Source of the DNA: Bacteroidales bacterium
GTDB taxonomy: Bacteria; Bacteroidota; Bacteroidia; Bacteroidales; UBA7960
DNA: 37,526 nucleotides
NCBI GenBank assembly: GCA_007128045.1
Contig: SKYG01000012.1
Location: forward strand, 1-37,526
Reading direction: 5' to 3'
How positions within the stretch are numbered: position 1 is the stretch's first letter; the number at the start of each line of letters is the position of its first letter. The position numbers and the translations under genes are program-made. The notes below the pieces were generated by a model. It was not told the origin of the DNA, made no database searches, and was given only the letters and a program-made list of their open reading frames with translations. Shown in pieces: positions 15,818 to 24,370 of the stretch.

Positions 15818-18556
15818 TTGCTGACAAAATTGGGATTCAAGTTTTCTCTCCTTTTATGGATTATTTCACTGATTGGAATGGTCACACAGGCGCAGGTTCC
15901 ATTAAGTCCGGTGGAAGCAGATAGCTTGTTTCAGGATCCGTTAATATATGATATTGATACACTTGAAGTACAAGCCGACAGCTTGTTTCTGGTTCCCTTT
16001 TCTGCTGATATTGATACGCTTGATGTGCAGACGGAAAGACATACCGGTTCTGCAAACATATTGGATGCACGTGTCGATTATGCCGCGTCAGATTCAATAT
16101 TCTTTGACCTGAAGAACCAGAAGGTGTTTTTATATGGAGATGCAGACTTAACCTATGGGAACATCCACCTTGTTGCTGCTTTTGTGGAGCTTGACTTCCG
16201 TACCAATGAGTTATTTGCAAAGGGTATGCCTGATTCACTGGGTGTCATGCAGGGAAATCCGGTTTTTACGGAAGCAGACCAAAGTTTTGAGTCGGCGGAG
16301 TTACGTTACAACTTTGAAACCAAGCGAGGGCGTACGGTCAATGTGATTACTGAAGAGGCTGATGGATTTGTTCATGGTCATTTTGTGAAAATTCAACCAG
16401 ACAGGGTTGTTCACGTTGAAGATGGAAAATATACCACCTGTGATGATCCTGATCCACACTTTCATATAGGGTTCAGAAAAGCCAAACTGATACCGAACGA
16501 CAAAATTATCACCAGTGTTGCCTTTCTGGTTATTGAAAAAGTCCCCATGCCTTTGATTATCCCGTTCGGGTTTTTTCCCAACAAACGGGGACAGGCATCC
16601 GGCATTTTAATGCCATCATACGGGGAAGCTGCCAACAGAGGATTTTACCTCGAAAATGGCGGATTTTACATGGGCATTAATGATTATGTAGACTTATCGC
16701 TGAGGGGTGACATATACTCCAGGGGTAGCTGGGGTTTACGGTTAGGATCAACCTATAGGGTTAGATATCGCTACAACGGAAACATTAATTTGAATTATGC
16801 CATCAATGTAATGGGGGAGAGGGATCTTCCCGGTTATTCCCGTAGCCGCGATTTTCGGGTTGTTTGGAGCCACAACCAGGATCCTAAGGCTCGCCCAAAC
16901 AGTACTTTCAGAGCCAATGTCAATGCCGGAAGTTCGCAGTCGACACGCTTTAACCCTGAGTCGGAAAGGGATTACCTGTCCAATACTTTTTCCTCGAACA
17001 TCTCTTACTCTGCCTCCTGGGCAGGAAGGTATAACTTCTCGGCCAATGCCAGACACAGCCAGAATACCATTAACAGGACGGTTGATCTGAACCTGCCGGA
17101 GATTGCCTTCAGTGTGAGCAGGATATACCCCTTCCGGAGAAGTCAGACGACAGGCAGGACACGCTGGTACGAAGACATCAACTTTACCTATTCGATGAAT
17201 GCACGAAATGAAATCCGTGCTCCCGATTCATTGCTTTTTGAGCCTGAGACCTGGGCCCGAATGCGTAACGGAGTAAACCACGTTATCCCATTATCATACT
17301 CCACCAGGGTGCTGAATCATCTAAACTTCAGTACCAGTATGAATTATACTGAGAGATGGTATTTCAGTACCATCGAAAAATCCTGGGATGACTCCTTTAT
17401 GCGCATCGTCGGCAATGATACTATTTACGGTAGAGAGAGAATAGACACCGTTCCTGGCTTTAAGTCGGCCAGGGATTTTAACTTTAGTACTGGCCTCAGT
17501 ACAAGAATTTATGGCCAGATGGGATTCAGCAGAGGACCGGTCAGGGCTATAAGGCATGTGGTTTCACCCAGTGTCAGCCTTTCTTTCAGGCCTGACTTTG
17601 CCGATCCATTCTGGGGGTATTATAAGCAGTATTATAACCCGCAAAGAAATGAAGAGGTGAGGTATTCTATTTTCGAAGGTGCACTCTATTCTGGTCCGCA
17701 GCCAAACCGATCAGGCAATATGGGATTTAATATTACCAATAACCTGGAGATGAAGGTCAGAAACAGGAATGACACCGTGACGGGAGAGCGAAAAATATCT
17801 TTGATAGATAATTTTACTGTATCTGGGGGGTATGACCTGGCAAGAGACTCCCTTAATTGGTCAGATATACGACTTAGCGGTCGTACCCGGTTATTTGGAA
17901 ACTTTGATGTATCTTATTCAAGTTCTTACACACTATACGCAAGAAATGAAGCAGGGGCTTACATCAACAGATATCTGTGGGATACTGAAAATAAGCTGTT
18001 TAGATTGAACAACACATCCTGGTCGTTAAGTTTCAACTATAATATCGGTTCAGATAGAGATGGAGCAGGAGGTCGGTCAGATATGGGTACAGGTGCCCAA
18101 ATACCGGGTAGTCCAGGAATTAATGACCAGCTGTTGGACCCAAATGGAAATGGATTGGATGAGATGGATCATGAAATACCAGTGGCACAGGAAGGGATCG
18201 ACTTTTCAGTTCCCTGGTCACTGAACTTTAGCTATTCATTTAATTATAACTCAAGGTATCAGCACCTGCAAAAGGAATATGACAGGTCATATATTCAGAA
18301 CCTGAGTGTTTCCGGAAACGTGGCATTAAGCCCCAAATGGCGGGTAGGATTTCGTACCGGATTTGACTTTGATCGCAAGGAGATCACTTATACCTCAGTA
18401 GATATTTACCGGGATCTGCATTGTTGGGAGATGACACTTAACTGGATACCTTTTGGCTTTCGACAAAGTTACAATTTCACCATCAGGGTCAAATCATCAG
18501 TTCTTCAGGATCTGAAACTTACCCGCAGAACGCACCACCTCGACAGGATGTTCTGA
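15818..18556 (+). CDS. lptD: Putative LPS assembly protein LptD (Bacteroidota type)
   Basis: Signal peptide, YTTCD, GILMPSYGE, beta-barrel alternation and C-terminal RDLHCWEM...SSVLQDLK; divergent from amidase-mlaD as is usual in Bacteroidota. Confidence 0.88.
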   Translation: MLTKLGFKFSLLLWIISLIGMVTQAQVPLSPVEADSLFQDPLIYDIDTLEVQADSLFLVPFSADIDTLDVQTERHTGSANILDARVDYAASDSIFFDLKNQKVFLYGDADLTYGNIHLVAAFVELDFRTNELFAKGMPDSLGVMQGNPVFTEADQSFESAELRYNFETKRGRTVNVITEEADGFVHGHFVKIQPDRVVHVEDGKYTTCDDPDPHFHIGFRKAKLIPNDKIITSVAFLVIEKVPMPLIIPFGFFPNKRGQASGILMPSYGEAANRGFYLENGGFYMGINDYVDLSLRGDIYSRGSWGLRLGSTYRVRYRYNGNINLNYAINVMGERDLPGYSRSRDFRVVWSHNQDPKARPNSTFRANVNAGSSQSTRFNPESERDYLSNTFSSNISYSASWAGRYNFSANARHSQNTINRTVDLNLPEIAFSVSRIYPFRRSQTTGRTRWYEDINFTYSMNARNEIRAPDSLLFEPETWARMRNGVNHVIPLSYSTRVLNHLNFSTSMNYTERWYFSTIEKSWDDSFMRIVGNDTIYGRERIDTVPGFKSARDFNFSTGLSTRIYGQMGFSRGPVRAIRHVVSPSVSLSFRPDFADPFWGYYKQYYNPQRNEEVRYSIFEGALYSGPQPNRSGNMGFNITNNLEMKVRNRNDTVTGERKISLIDNFTVSGGYDLARDSLNWSDIRLSGRTRLFGNFDVSYSSSYTLYARNEAGAYINRYLWDTENKLFRLNNTSWSLSFNYNIGSDRDGAGGRSDMGTGAQIPGSPGINDQLLDPNGNGLDEMDHEIPVAQEGIDFSVPWSLNFSYSFNYNSRYQHLQKEYDRSYIQNLSVSGNVALSPKWRVGFRTGFDFDRKEITYTSVDIYRDLHCWEMTLNWIPFGFRQSYNFTIRVKSSVLQDLKLTRRTHHLDRMF

Positions 18557-18580
18557 TACACGGAAAACCGACATGGCATA

Positions 18581-18615
18581 GAAGGTCGAAGGTCGAAAGC
18601 CGAAAGTCGAGGGTC
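18581..18615. repeat. Degenerate heptamer array (GAAGGTC)x5
   Basis: GAAGGTC GAAGGTC GAAAGCC GAAAGTC GAGGGTC, about 25 bp after the lptD stop. Confidence 0.85.
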
Positions 18616-18761
18616 AAAAAAAAAACAGAAATGATCGTTAACGACAAATGTTTTTAGGAAAAAAAATTCGAAAAATACCACTGTTTGAAAAAAAATTTGA
18701 ATATTTGCACTTGAATTACAAACATGCCTGTTTGGCAATGTGTTTTTTGGTATTTAAGACT

Positions 18762-18769
18762 TACATTTG
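18762..18769 (+). promoter_or_regulatory. -7 promoter element TACATTTG
   Basis: Exact TAnnTTTG about 30 bp upstream of ATG 18799, supporting that start. Confidence 0.55.
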
Positions 18770-18798
18770 CATATTCACCTAAACGCTTTAGACCGATT

Positions 18799-19386
18799 AT
18801 GAAAACAATTATTCAGATTGTGATGGTTATTATTATCGTAGTGCTGGTATATCTGATATATGACAGTATCATGGAGCCTGTACGTTTTAATCAGGAAGTT
18901 GCCCGCAGAGAAGCATTAATCATTCAACGACTTAAAGATATACGGGCTGCGCAGATTGCACACAGATCCAGATACCAGAGTTTTCTTGGAGACCTGGATT
19001 CGCTGGTATTGTTTGTAAAAAATGATTCATTACCGATCATTATGGCTATTGGTTCTGTGCCTGATTCATTGACTGAGTCTGAAGCCGTCCGTTTAGGAAT
19101 TGTTCAAAGGGATACAATTTGGAAACCAGCAGTTGACAGCCTCTTCAGACGAACCAGATATCCTGTTGATTCATTACCTTATGTGCCCAGGAGCGACGGT
19201 AAGAGGTTTACAATGGAAGCCGGACAGATCGAACGGGGCCTTGTTAAGCTCCCCGTTTTTGAAGCTTTTACAATGCCGGAAGATTATTTGGGTGATATGG
19301 ATAACTGGAGAACATATTACACCCGTACCGCAGGGTTAAAAGTTGGCTCTATGGTCGAATCTTCTATAGACGGGAACTGGGAATAG
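18799..19386 (+). CDS. Membrane-anchored hypothetical protein with pilin-like N-terminal helix
   Basis: MKTIIQIV start followed by one TM, RLKDIRAAQ, and LKVGS...GNWE C-terminus; I recall this family lying upstream of DUF3822 in Bacteroidota. Confidence 0.75.
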   Translation: MKTIIQIVMVIIIVVLVYLIYDSIMEPVRFNQEVARREALIIQRLKDIRAAQIAHRSRYQSFLGDLDSLVLFVKNDSLPIIMAIGSVPDSLTESEAVRLGIVQRDTIWKPAVDSLFRRTRYPVDSLPYVPRSDGKRFTMEAGQIERGLVKLPVFEAFTMPEDYLGDMDNWRTYYTRTAGLKVGSMVESSIDGNWE

Positions 19387-19404
19387 ACATAAACTATACA
19401 TATC

Positions 19405-20271
19405 ATGTCTGGCCCATTAAGAAAAATAATCTCAGTTGTTGATAAGGATTTTCTGCCGGGCGCATCCGATAAGAGCATTTTATCCATCGAGTTTCAACCC
19501 GATGGATTTTCTTTTTCAATACTTGATACATTAAAGGCAAAGTACCAATTACTTGAAGTCTTTCAATCTGAGGATATGGATGGCTTCTTTGGTGATCCTG
19601 TAGAATTGCTGAAGTCAGTAATTCATCAAAGCCCATACCTGCAGAATGCCTATAAAGAAGTTATCTTGAATTATTATTCCCGTCATTTGTTGCTACACCC
19701 TGAGGAGGGATTCAAACGCGAAGATCAGATAACTTTGTATTCCTCCTTCCGAAAAATACCGCAAAAATACAAGCTCAGGATTGACAAACTCAGTAATTTA
19801 GGCGGTTATGGCCTTTATATCGTTCATGAAGAACTTTTAAAACTGTTGGATGTGAGCTTCCCTGGCCATACATTGATGCACACTGGAAGCGCCTTTATAG
19901 AAAATTACCTGGGATCAATTATGCCCGGCAACTTCAAGCCCGATATCATTCTGCATGTCAGACATACTAATTTTGAGCTGCTATTGATGGAGGATGGAGG
20001 ACTTTCTTTTTACAGGCTATTTCCATACCAAAGCTTTGAAGATATACTTTTCTACTTGTTCTTAGTCTTACAAAATCAGAACAAAAAGGCTCAGGATATG
20101 GATATTATGGTTGTTGGTGAGATACATCCCAATTCAATAAATTTCAAACAACTGGTATCGTATTTTAACCAGGCCGGTTTAGCCGAAAGAGGCCATCGCT
20201 ATCAGTACGCCCCAGGTTTTGAAAGTATTCCAGGACATTTTTACTATAATGTGTTAAATCATTTACTTTGA
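19405..20271 (+). CDS. DUF3822 family protein
   Basis: LSIEFQPDGFSFSI N-terminal motif, EDILFYLF, and position immediately upstream of rsmD. Confidence 0.82.
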   Translation: MSGPLRKIISVVDKDFLPGASDKSILSIEFQPDGFSFSILDTLKAKYQLLEVFQSEDMDGFFGDPVELLKSVIHQSPYLQNAYKEVILNYYSRHLLLHPEEGFKREDQITLYSSFRKIPQKYKLRIDKLSNLGGYGLYIVHEELLKLLDVSFPGHTLMHTGSAFIENYLGSIMPGNFKPDIILHVRHTNFELLLMEDGGLSFYRLFPYQSFEDILFYLFLVLQNQNKKAQDMDIMVVGEIHPNSINFKQLVSYFNQAGLAERGHRYQYAPGFESIPGHFYYNVLNHLL

Positions 20272-20807
20272 GAATTATAGGCGGTTCAAATAAAAGACGG
20301 ATCATCAAAGTTCCTTCCGGCTTGCCGGTAAGGCCTACTACAGATCTGGCAAAAGAAGCTCTTTTTAATATTCTTAATAATCATTTCGATTTTGAAGCAA
20401 TCAGGGTACTTGATCTATTCTCCGGCACAGGAAATATTGCTTTTGAGTTTGCTTCCAGAGGTGCACTGGAAGTCATTGCAGTAGAAAACAATAGCCGGTG
20501 TGTTACACATCTCCATAACACAATCAAAAGCCTACAGTTCGGGCAAATGGTTGCTGTTAAGGCAGATGCCCTTCGTTTTATCACCAGCTGCAGAAGTAAT
20601 TTTGACATTGTATTTGCAGACCCCCCATATGAAATACCTGACATTGTATCCATTCCTGACCTTGTTTTTAAACACAATTTGCTGGATTCCAACGGATGGC
20701 TTGTGTTGGAACATGCTTCGCATACTCATTTCGATAATCATCCGAATTTTACCGGTAAAAGAAAATATGGCAGGGTGCATTTTAGTTTTTTCTCCGGTCA
20801 ACCATAA
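20268..20807 (+). CDS. rsmD: 16S rRNA m2G966 methyltransferase
   Basis: RIIGG, VRPTTD.AKEALFNIL, VLDLFSGTG, FADPPY and RKYG; TTG start overlapping the upstream stop (TTGA). Confidence 0.93.
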   Translation: MRIIGGSNKRRIIKVPSGLPVRPTTDLAKEALFNILNNHFDFEAIRVLDLFSGTGNIAFEFASRGALEVIAVENNSRCVTHLHNTIKSLQFGQMVAVKADALRFITSCRSNFDIVFADPPYEIPDIVSIPDLVFKHNLLDSNGWLVLEHASHTHFDNHPNFTGKRKYGRVHFSFFSGQP

Positions 20808-20839
20808 CTTCTCATAGTATATTGTTGCCCTGTTCTGGT

Positions 20840-20847
20840 TATATTTG
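20840..20847 (+). promoter_or_regulatory. -7 promoter element TATATTTG for coaD
   Basis: Exact TAnnTTTG about 20 bp upstream of the ATG. Confidence 0.5.
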
Positions 20848-20868
20848 TGATCATAAAGAATTGTCACT

Positions 20869-21330
20869 ATGAATAAAGTAGCGCTTTTCCCCGGCTCATT
20901 TGACCCTATTACCAAAGGCCATGAGTCTATTATCTTGAGAGCAATCCCATTGTTTGACCGCATTATTGTGGCCATCGGAGTAAATGTGGAAAAAAATTAT
21001 TTTTTCCCGCTTGAGAAACGAATGAACTGGATACGCAAGGTCTTTAAAGAATATCCTTCAATAGAAGTGATTACTTATGAGGGTCTTACCGTTGATCTTT
21101 GTAAGAGTTTGGACGTGAGATATATACTGCGCGGACTAAGGACATCTGCCGACTTTGAATTTGAAAGGAGTATCGGGCAAATGAATAAGATGATGCTGCC
21201 CGGCCTGGAAACCGTATTTTTATTAACAACACCAGAACATACCGCACTAAATTCTTCTATTGTCAGGGATATTATCAGGAATGGGGGCGATGCCAGCCAA
21301 TTTGTACCAGATCAGGTAGATTTGATATAG
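20869..21330 (+). CDS. coaD: Pantetheine-phosphate adenylyltransferase
   Basis: FPGSFDPITKGH, ILRGLR..ADFEFE, ETVFL and SSIVR. Confidence 0.97.
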   Translation: MNKVALFPGSFDPITKGHESIILRAIPLFDRIIVAIGVNVEKNYFFPLEKRMNWIRKVFKEYPSIEVITYEGLTVDLCKSLDVRYILRGLRTSADFEFERSIGQMNKMMLPGLETVFLLTTPEHTALNSSIVRDIIRNGGDASQFVPDQVDLI

Positions 21331-21932
21331 TAAATAGTAAGTAGTTTAGCAATAGACCTGTAGGCCCCTTTAAGCTTCTTATGGATATCTTTTCTTGGCA
21401 CCCATTCCGCTTTGGTAATATTCTCAGATGTTTGTGGTTGAAGATGCTGCCAGGTTTCAGCCTGCATCAAATACCAGTGTGTTTTTTTTAGTATCCAGCT
21501 ATTGCTACTGTCTTGATAAACATGGTAGGTAGGTGGTAATGTATTTGTGATTATCAAACCACCGATACCGCATTCTTCCTCTACCTCCCTGATCGCGGTA
21601 TCTTGTGTCGTCTCACCTGCATCTACTTTGCCTTTTGGCAAGTCCCATTTACCCAGACGGAATATCATCAACAAATCTCCATTAGGGTTCTCTACCACGC
21701 CTCCTGCTGCTTCAATAATTGTAAAATTCTGAGATAGGTCGAGAAAGCGTTTCTCAGGTTCATCGGTAACATAAACAAGGTCAGATAAGTCAGGTATCTG
21801 ACTCCAGGATAAGAAAGATTGCCAGACATCGTCTTTACAGTCAAATGACCTGATTATATCCCTATTGCATAGCGTATCATCGTGGCTTTGTATATAAAAG
21901 GCGCGGGGTTCTAAAAAGATGATTATCATCAT
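21312..21932 (-). CDS. NUDIX hydrolase (start 21932, 21929 or TTG 21944)
   Basis: AAGGVV, WDLPKGK and Nudix box GKVDAGETTQDTAIREVEEECGI. Confidence 0.92.
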   Translation of the reverse strand: MMIIIFLEPRAFYIQSHDDTLCNRDIIRSFDCKDDVWQSFLSWSQIPDLSDLVYVTDEPEKRFLDLSQNFTIIEAAGGVVENPNGDLLMIFRLGKWDLPKGKVDAGETTQDTAIREVEEECGIGGLIITNTLPPTYHVYQDSSNSWILKKTHWYLMQAETWQHLQPQTSENITKAEWVPRKDIHKKLKGAYRSIAKLLTIYYIKST

Positions 21933-21961
21933 TACTTCAATCAAATGTTAAAAAAAACAAG

Positions 21962-21969
21962 TAGTTTTG
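21962..21969 (+). promoter_or_regulatory. -7 promoter element TAGTTTTG for pyrE
   Basis: Exact TAnnTTTG about 22 bp upstream of the ATG. Confidence 0.55.
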
Positions 21970-21991
21970 CCGAAACCAATTATTTGTTTTT

Positions 21992-22642
21992 ATGAACGAC
22001 GAGAAGTCTACAGCGTTAACAATAGCATCAGCTTTGCTGCAAATTAACGCAATTAAATTGAATGTAAAAAATCCATATACCTGGGTTTCCGGTATCAAAT
22101 CTCCTATATACTGTGATAACAGAAGAACGCTGTCATATCCTGATATACGAAATATGATTGCCGATGGTATTGTAACATGTATAAGACGAGAATTTCCTGA
22201 TTGCGATGTGATTGCAGGCGTTGCCACAGGGGCAATAGCCCATGGGATGCTTGTGGCTGACAGAATGAATAAACCCTTTATCTACGTTCGTAGCTCCGCC
22301 AAAGAACATGGGCTTGCAAACAGGATCGAGGGGAACATAAGCCCGGGTTCTGCTGTTGTAGTCGTTGAAGACCTCGTTTCAACCGGTAAGAGCAGCCTGA
22401 ATGCCGTGAAAGCTTTAAAGCAGGCTGGTTGTAATGTGTTGGGTATGGTAGCCATCTTTTCGTATGAGATGCCGGAAGCGAATGACGGTATGAAACAAGA
22501 AAATTGTCCTTTGTATACACTAAGCAACTTTTCTGCTTTAATCAGACAGGCACAGGATGAGAAAATTATAGCTTCAGATGAGGTTGAAGTATTGTCGGCG
22601 TGGAGAAAAAATCCAGAAAAATATTATTATGACAAGATTTGA
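21992..22642 (+). CDS. pyrE: Orotate phosphoribosyltransferase
   Basis: SGIKSPIYCDNR, YVRSSAKEHG and PRPP motif VVVVEDLVSTGKS. Confidence 0.97.
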   Translation: MNDEKSTALTIASALLQINAIKLNVKNPYTWVSGIKSPIYCDNRRTLSYPDIRNMIADGIVTCIRREFPDCDVIAGVATGAIAHGMLVADRMNKPFIYVRSSAKEHGLANRIEGNISPGSAVVVVEDLVSTGKSSLNAVKALKQAGCNVLGMVAIFSYEMPEANDGMKQENCPLYTLSNFSALIRQAQDEKIIASDEVEVLSAWRKNPEKYYYDKI

Positions 22643-23027
22643 GAGTGAATCAGTAGTTTTGAATACACCGTGTGAAGAAGTATTTTCTTTTTTAAGTGAC
22701 TTCAGGAAAATAAAGCAGGTGATGCCTGAACAAATTATCAACTGGAAAGCTGAAGAAGATAGTTGTAGTTTTACCATACAGGGCGTAGCGGATTTGTCGA
22801 TGCGCCTGGCATCTATGTCGCATTGCAGAAATATTCATATCGTATCTGAAGGCAACAATCCTATTGAGTATTCTATGGATTATTTCTTTATAAAAAAAGG
22901 GGACTCTCAATGTGAAGTCACGGTATTGCTTGATGCGGAATTGAATGCCTTATTGAAGATGATGGCATCCAGGCCATTACAAAATCTTGTTGATATGATA
23001 GCAGGCAAACTGAAGGAAATGTATTAA
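22629..23027 (+). CDS. SRPBCC/CoxG-like family protein
   Basis: MTRFES...EEVFSFLSDF...MP pattern and C-terminal helix LNALLKMMASRPLQ; overlaps the pyrE stop. Confidence 0.7.
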   Translation: MTRFESESVVLNTPCEEVFSFLSDFRKIKQVMPEQIINWKAEEDSCSFTIQGVADLSMRLASMSHCRNIHIVSEGNNPIEYSMDYFFIKKGDSQCEVTVLLDAELNALLKMMASRPLQNLVDMIAGKLKEMY

Positions 23028-23030
23028 TGC

Positions 23031-23085
23031 ATCTTGAATAGAGTTTGTCCATAAAGTCGGGTGTCTGGATCAAAATGTTCGAGAT
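23031..23085. terminator. Imperfect hairpin between convergent SRPBCC and birA genes
   Basis: ATCTTGAATA can pair with TGTTCGAGAT using G-U pairs, with inner TTTG/CAAA and TCCA/TGGA. There is no strong U tract. Confidence 0.3.
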
Positions 23086-23831
23086 CAAAGCAACAACCTG
23101 ACTTCTTTATGGTCGTATTCTTTTAAGACTCCATTCACCTTAAGGATGAGTTTGCCATAATGGGTAACGCCAAAAATTTCAGCGCTGAAAGTTTCCTGAC
23201 CACTAACGAACTGGAGTTGCTTCCTGTATCCCCACAATAGATGAATGTATTGATGACCAATTAATTCCAGCAATCCGTTTTTCAAATTGCTTATCCATAT
23301 CCCAACAAAATGACAAATGTTGTACAGACAGTCATCCAGCTCAAGTTTGTGGCCTGTTAGTTGAGCCAGAGAAATGGGATTGGGCGCATCAGAAGCAAAT
23401 GACAATTGGTTCACATTTACCCCTATGCCAACTACAGATACATCAAATACTGATCCTACGATACTATTTTCTATCAAGATACCCGCTGCTTTCTTTTTAT
23501 TTATGTAAATGTCGTTAGGCCATTTAATCTGTACCTGGTTGTTGGGGCACAGATATGATATTGCCTTACATAATGCAATTGATACGGCCTGACTGAGGTA
23601 AAACTGATTCGACACATCCAGGTATGTTGGTCTTAACACAATCGATATGTTCAGGTTGCTGTTCGCTTCGCTCTCCCAGGAGGTGCCCCCCTGGCCTTTG
23701 CCTGCTGTTTGAAAATCAGCCCTGATGATAGTCCCTTCGTCTAATGACGTGCTGTTTAGTACCCTCCACGCTTCATTGTTGGTAGAATCGACACGAGAGT
23801 ACATGATGACCTTATTTCCGATAGTATTCAT
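23085..23831 (-). CDS. birA: Biotin--[acetyl-CoA carboxylase] ligase, class I (no HTH)
   Basis: VDSTN, QTAGKGQ..W, IKWPNDI, KKAAGILIE and GIGVNVN. Confidence 0.93.
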   Translation of the reverse strand: MNTIGNKVIMYSRVDSTNNEAWRVLNSTSLDEGTIIRADFQTAGKGQGGTSWESEANSNLNISIVLRPTYLDVSNQFYLSQAVSIALCKAISYLCPNNQVQIKWPNDIYINKKKAAGILIENSIVGSVFDVSVVGIGVNVNQLSFASDAPNPISLAQLTGHKLELDDCLYNICHFVGIWISNLKNGLLELIGHQYIHLLWGYRKQLQFVSGQETFSAEIFGVTHYGKLILKVNGVLKEYDHKEVRLLL

Positions 23832-23903
23832 ACTGGTTAAAAGTAAATAAAAGATTTATATTTATTAACCTTTTAGATAGAACATTATGTGCCCAAAAAT
23901 CGT

Positions 23904-23911
23904 TAATTTTG
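23904..23911 (+). promoter_or_regulatory. -7 promoter element TAATTTTG for rsfS-ftsH operon
   Basis: Exact TAnnTTTG about 20 bp upstream of the ATG. Confidence 0.55.
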
Positions 23912-23932
23912 CACAACTCTAAACAGCGATGA

Positions 23933-24301
23933 ATGATAAAACACAAATCCACAGATCCGGTTGATTTACTGCTTGAAGCTATAGTGGAAGGAATCCGGGA
24001 AAAGAAAGGTATTGATATAGTCGGTCTAAATCTGGCCGAAATACATTCAACGGTTTGTGATTACTTCATTGTATGTCATGGAACTTCCCGAACACATGCC
24101 AATGCTATCGCTGAATCAGTTGAAGAGATAGTAAAGGCAAGTATTGGCGTAAAACCCAGTCGCCGGGAGGGCATCACCAACGCCGAGTGGATACTGCTGG
24201 ATTACTTGGATGTTGTTGTGCATATCTTCCAGGAACCTGTACGTAACTACTATCAGATTGAACAATTATGGGCTGATGCTCCTTTAGTAAATTACTCATG
24301 A
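23933..24301 (+). CDS. rsfS: Ribosome silencing factor
   Basis: EKKG.DI, DYFIVCHG, WILLDY.DVVVHIF and YYQIEQLWADAP. Confidence 0.96.
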   Translation: MIKHKSTDPVDLLLEAIVEGIREKKGIDIVGLNLAEIHSTVCDYFIVCHGTSRTHANAIAESVEEIVKASIGVKPSRREGITNAEWILLDYLDVVVHIFQEPVRNYYQIEQLWADAPLVNYS

Positions 24302-24370
24302 CAGATTACGGGCACTGTAATTCCGTAGTTAAGTTACTTACTTTGATTACTTACAACTGACAAACAGCAT

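Noticed and set aside
18724-18798. Longer start for the pilin-like hypothetical
   Set aside because: It contains the -7 box TACATTTG; ATG 18799 directly precedes the TM segment.
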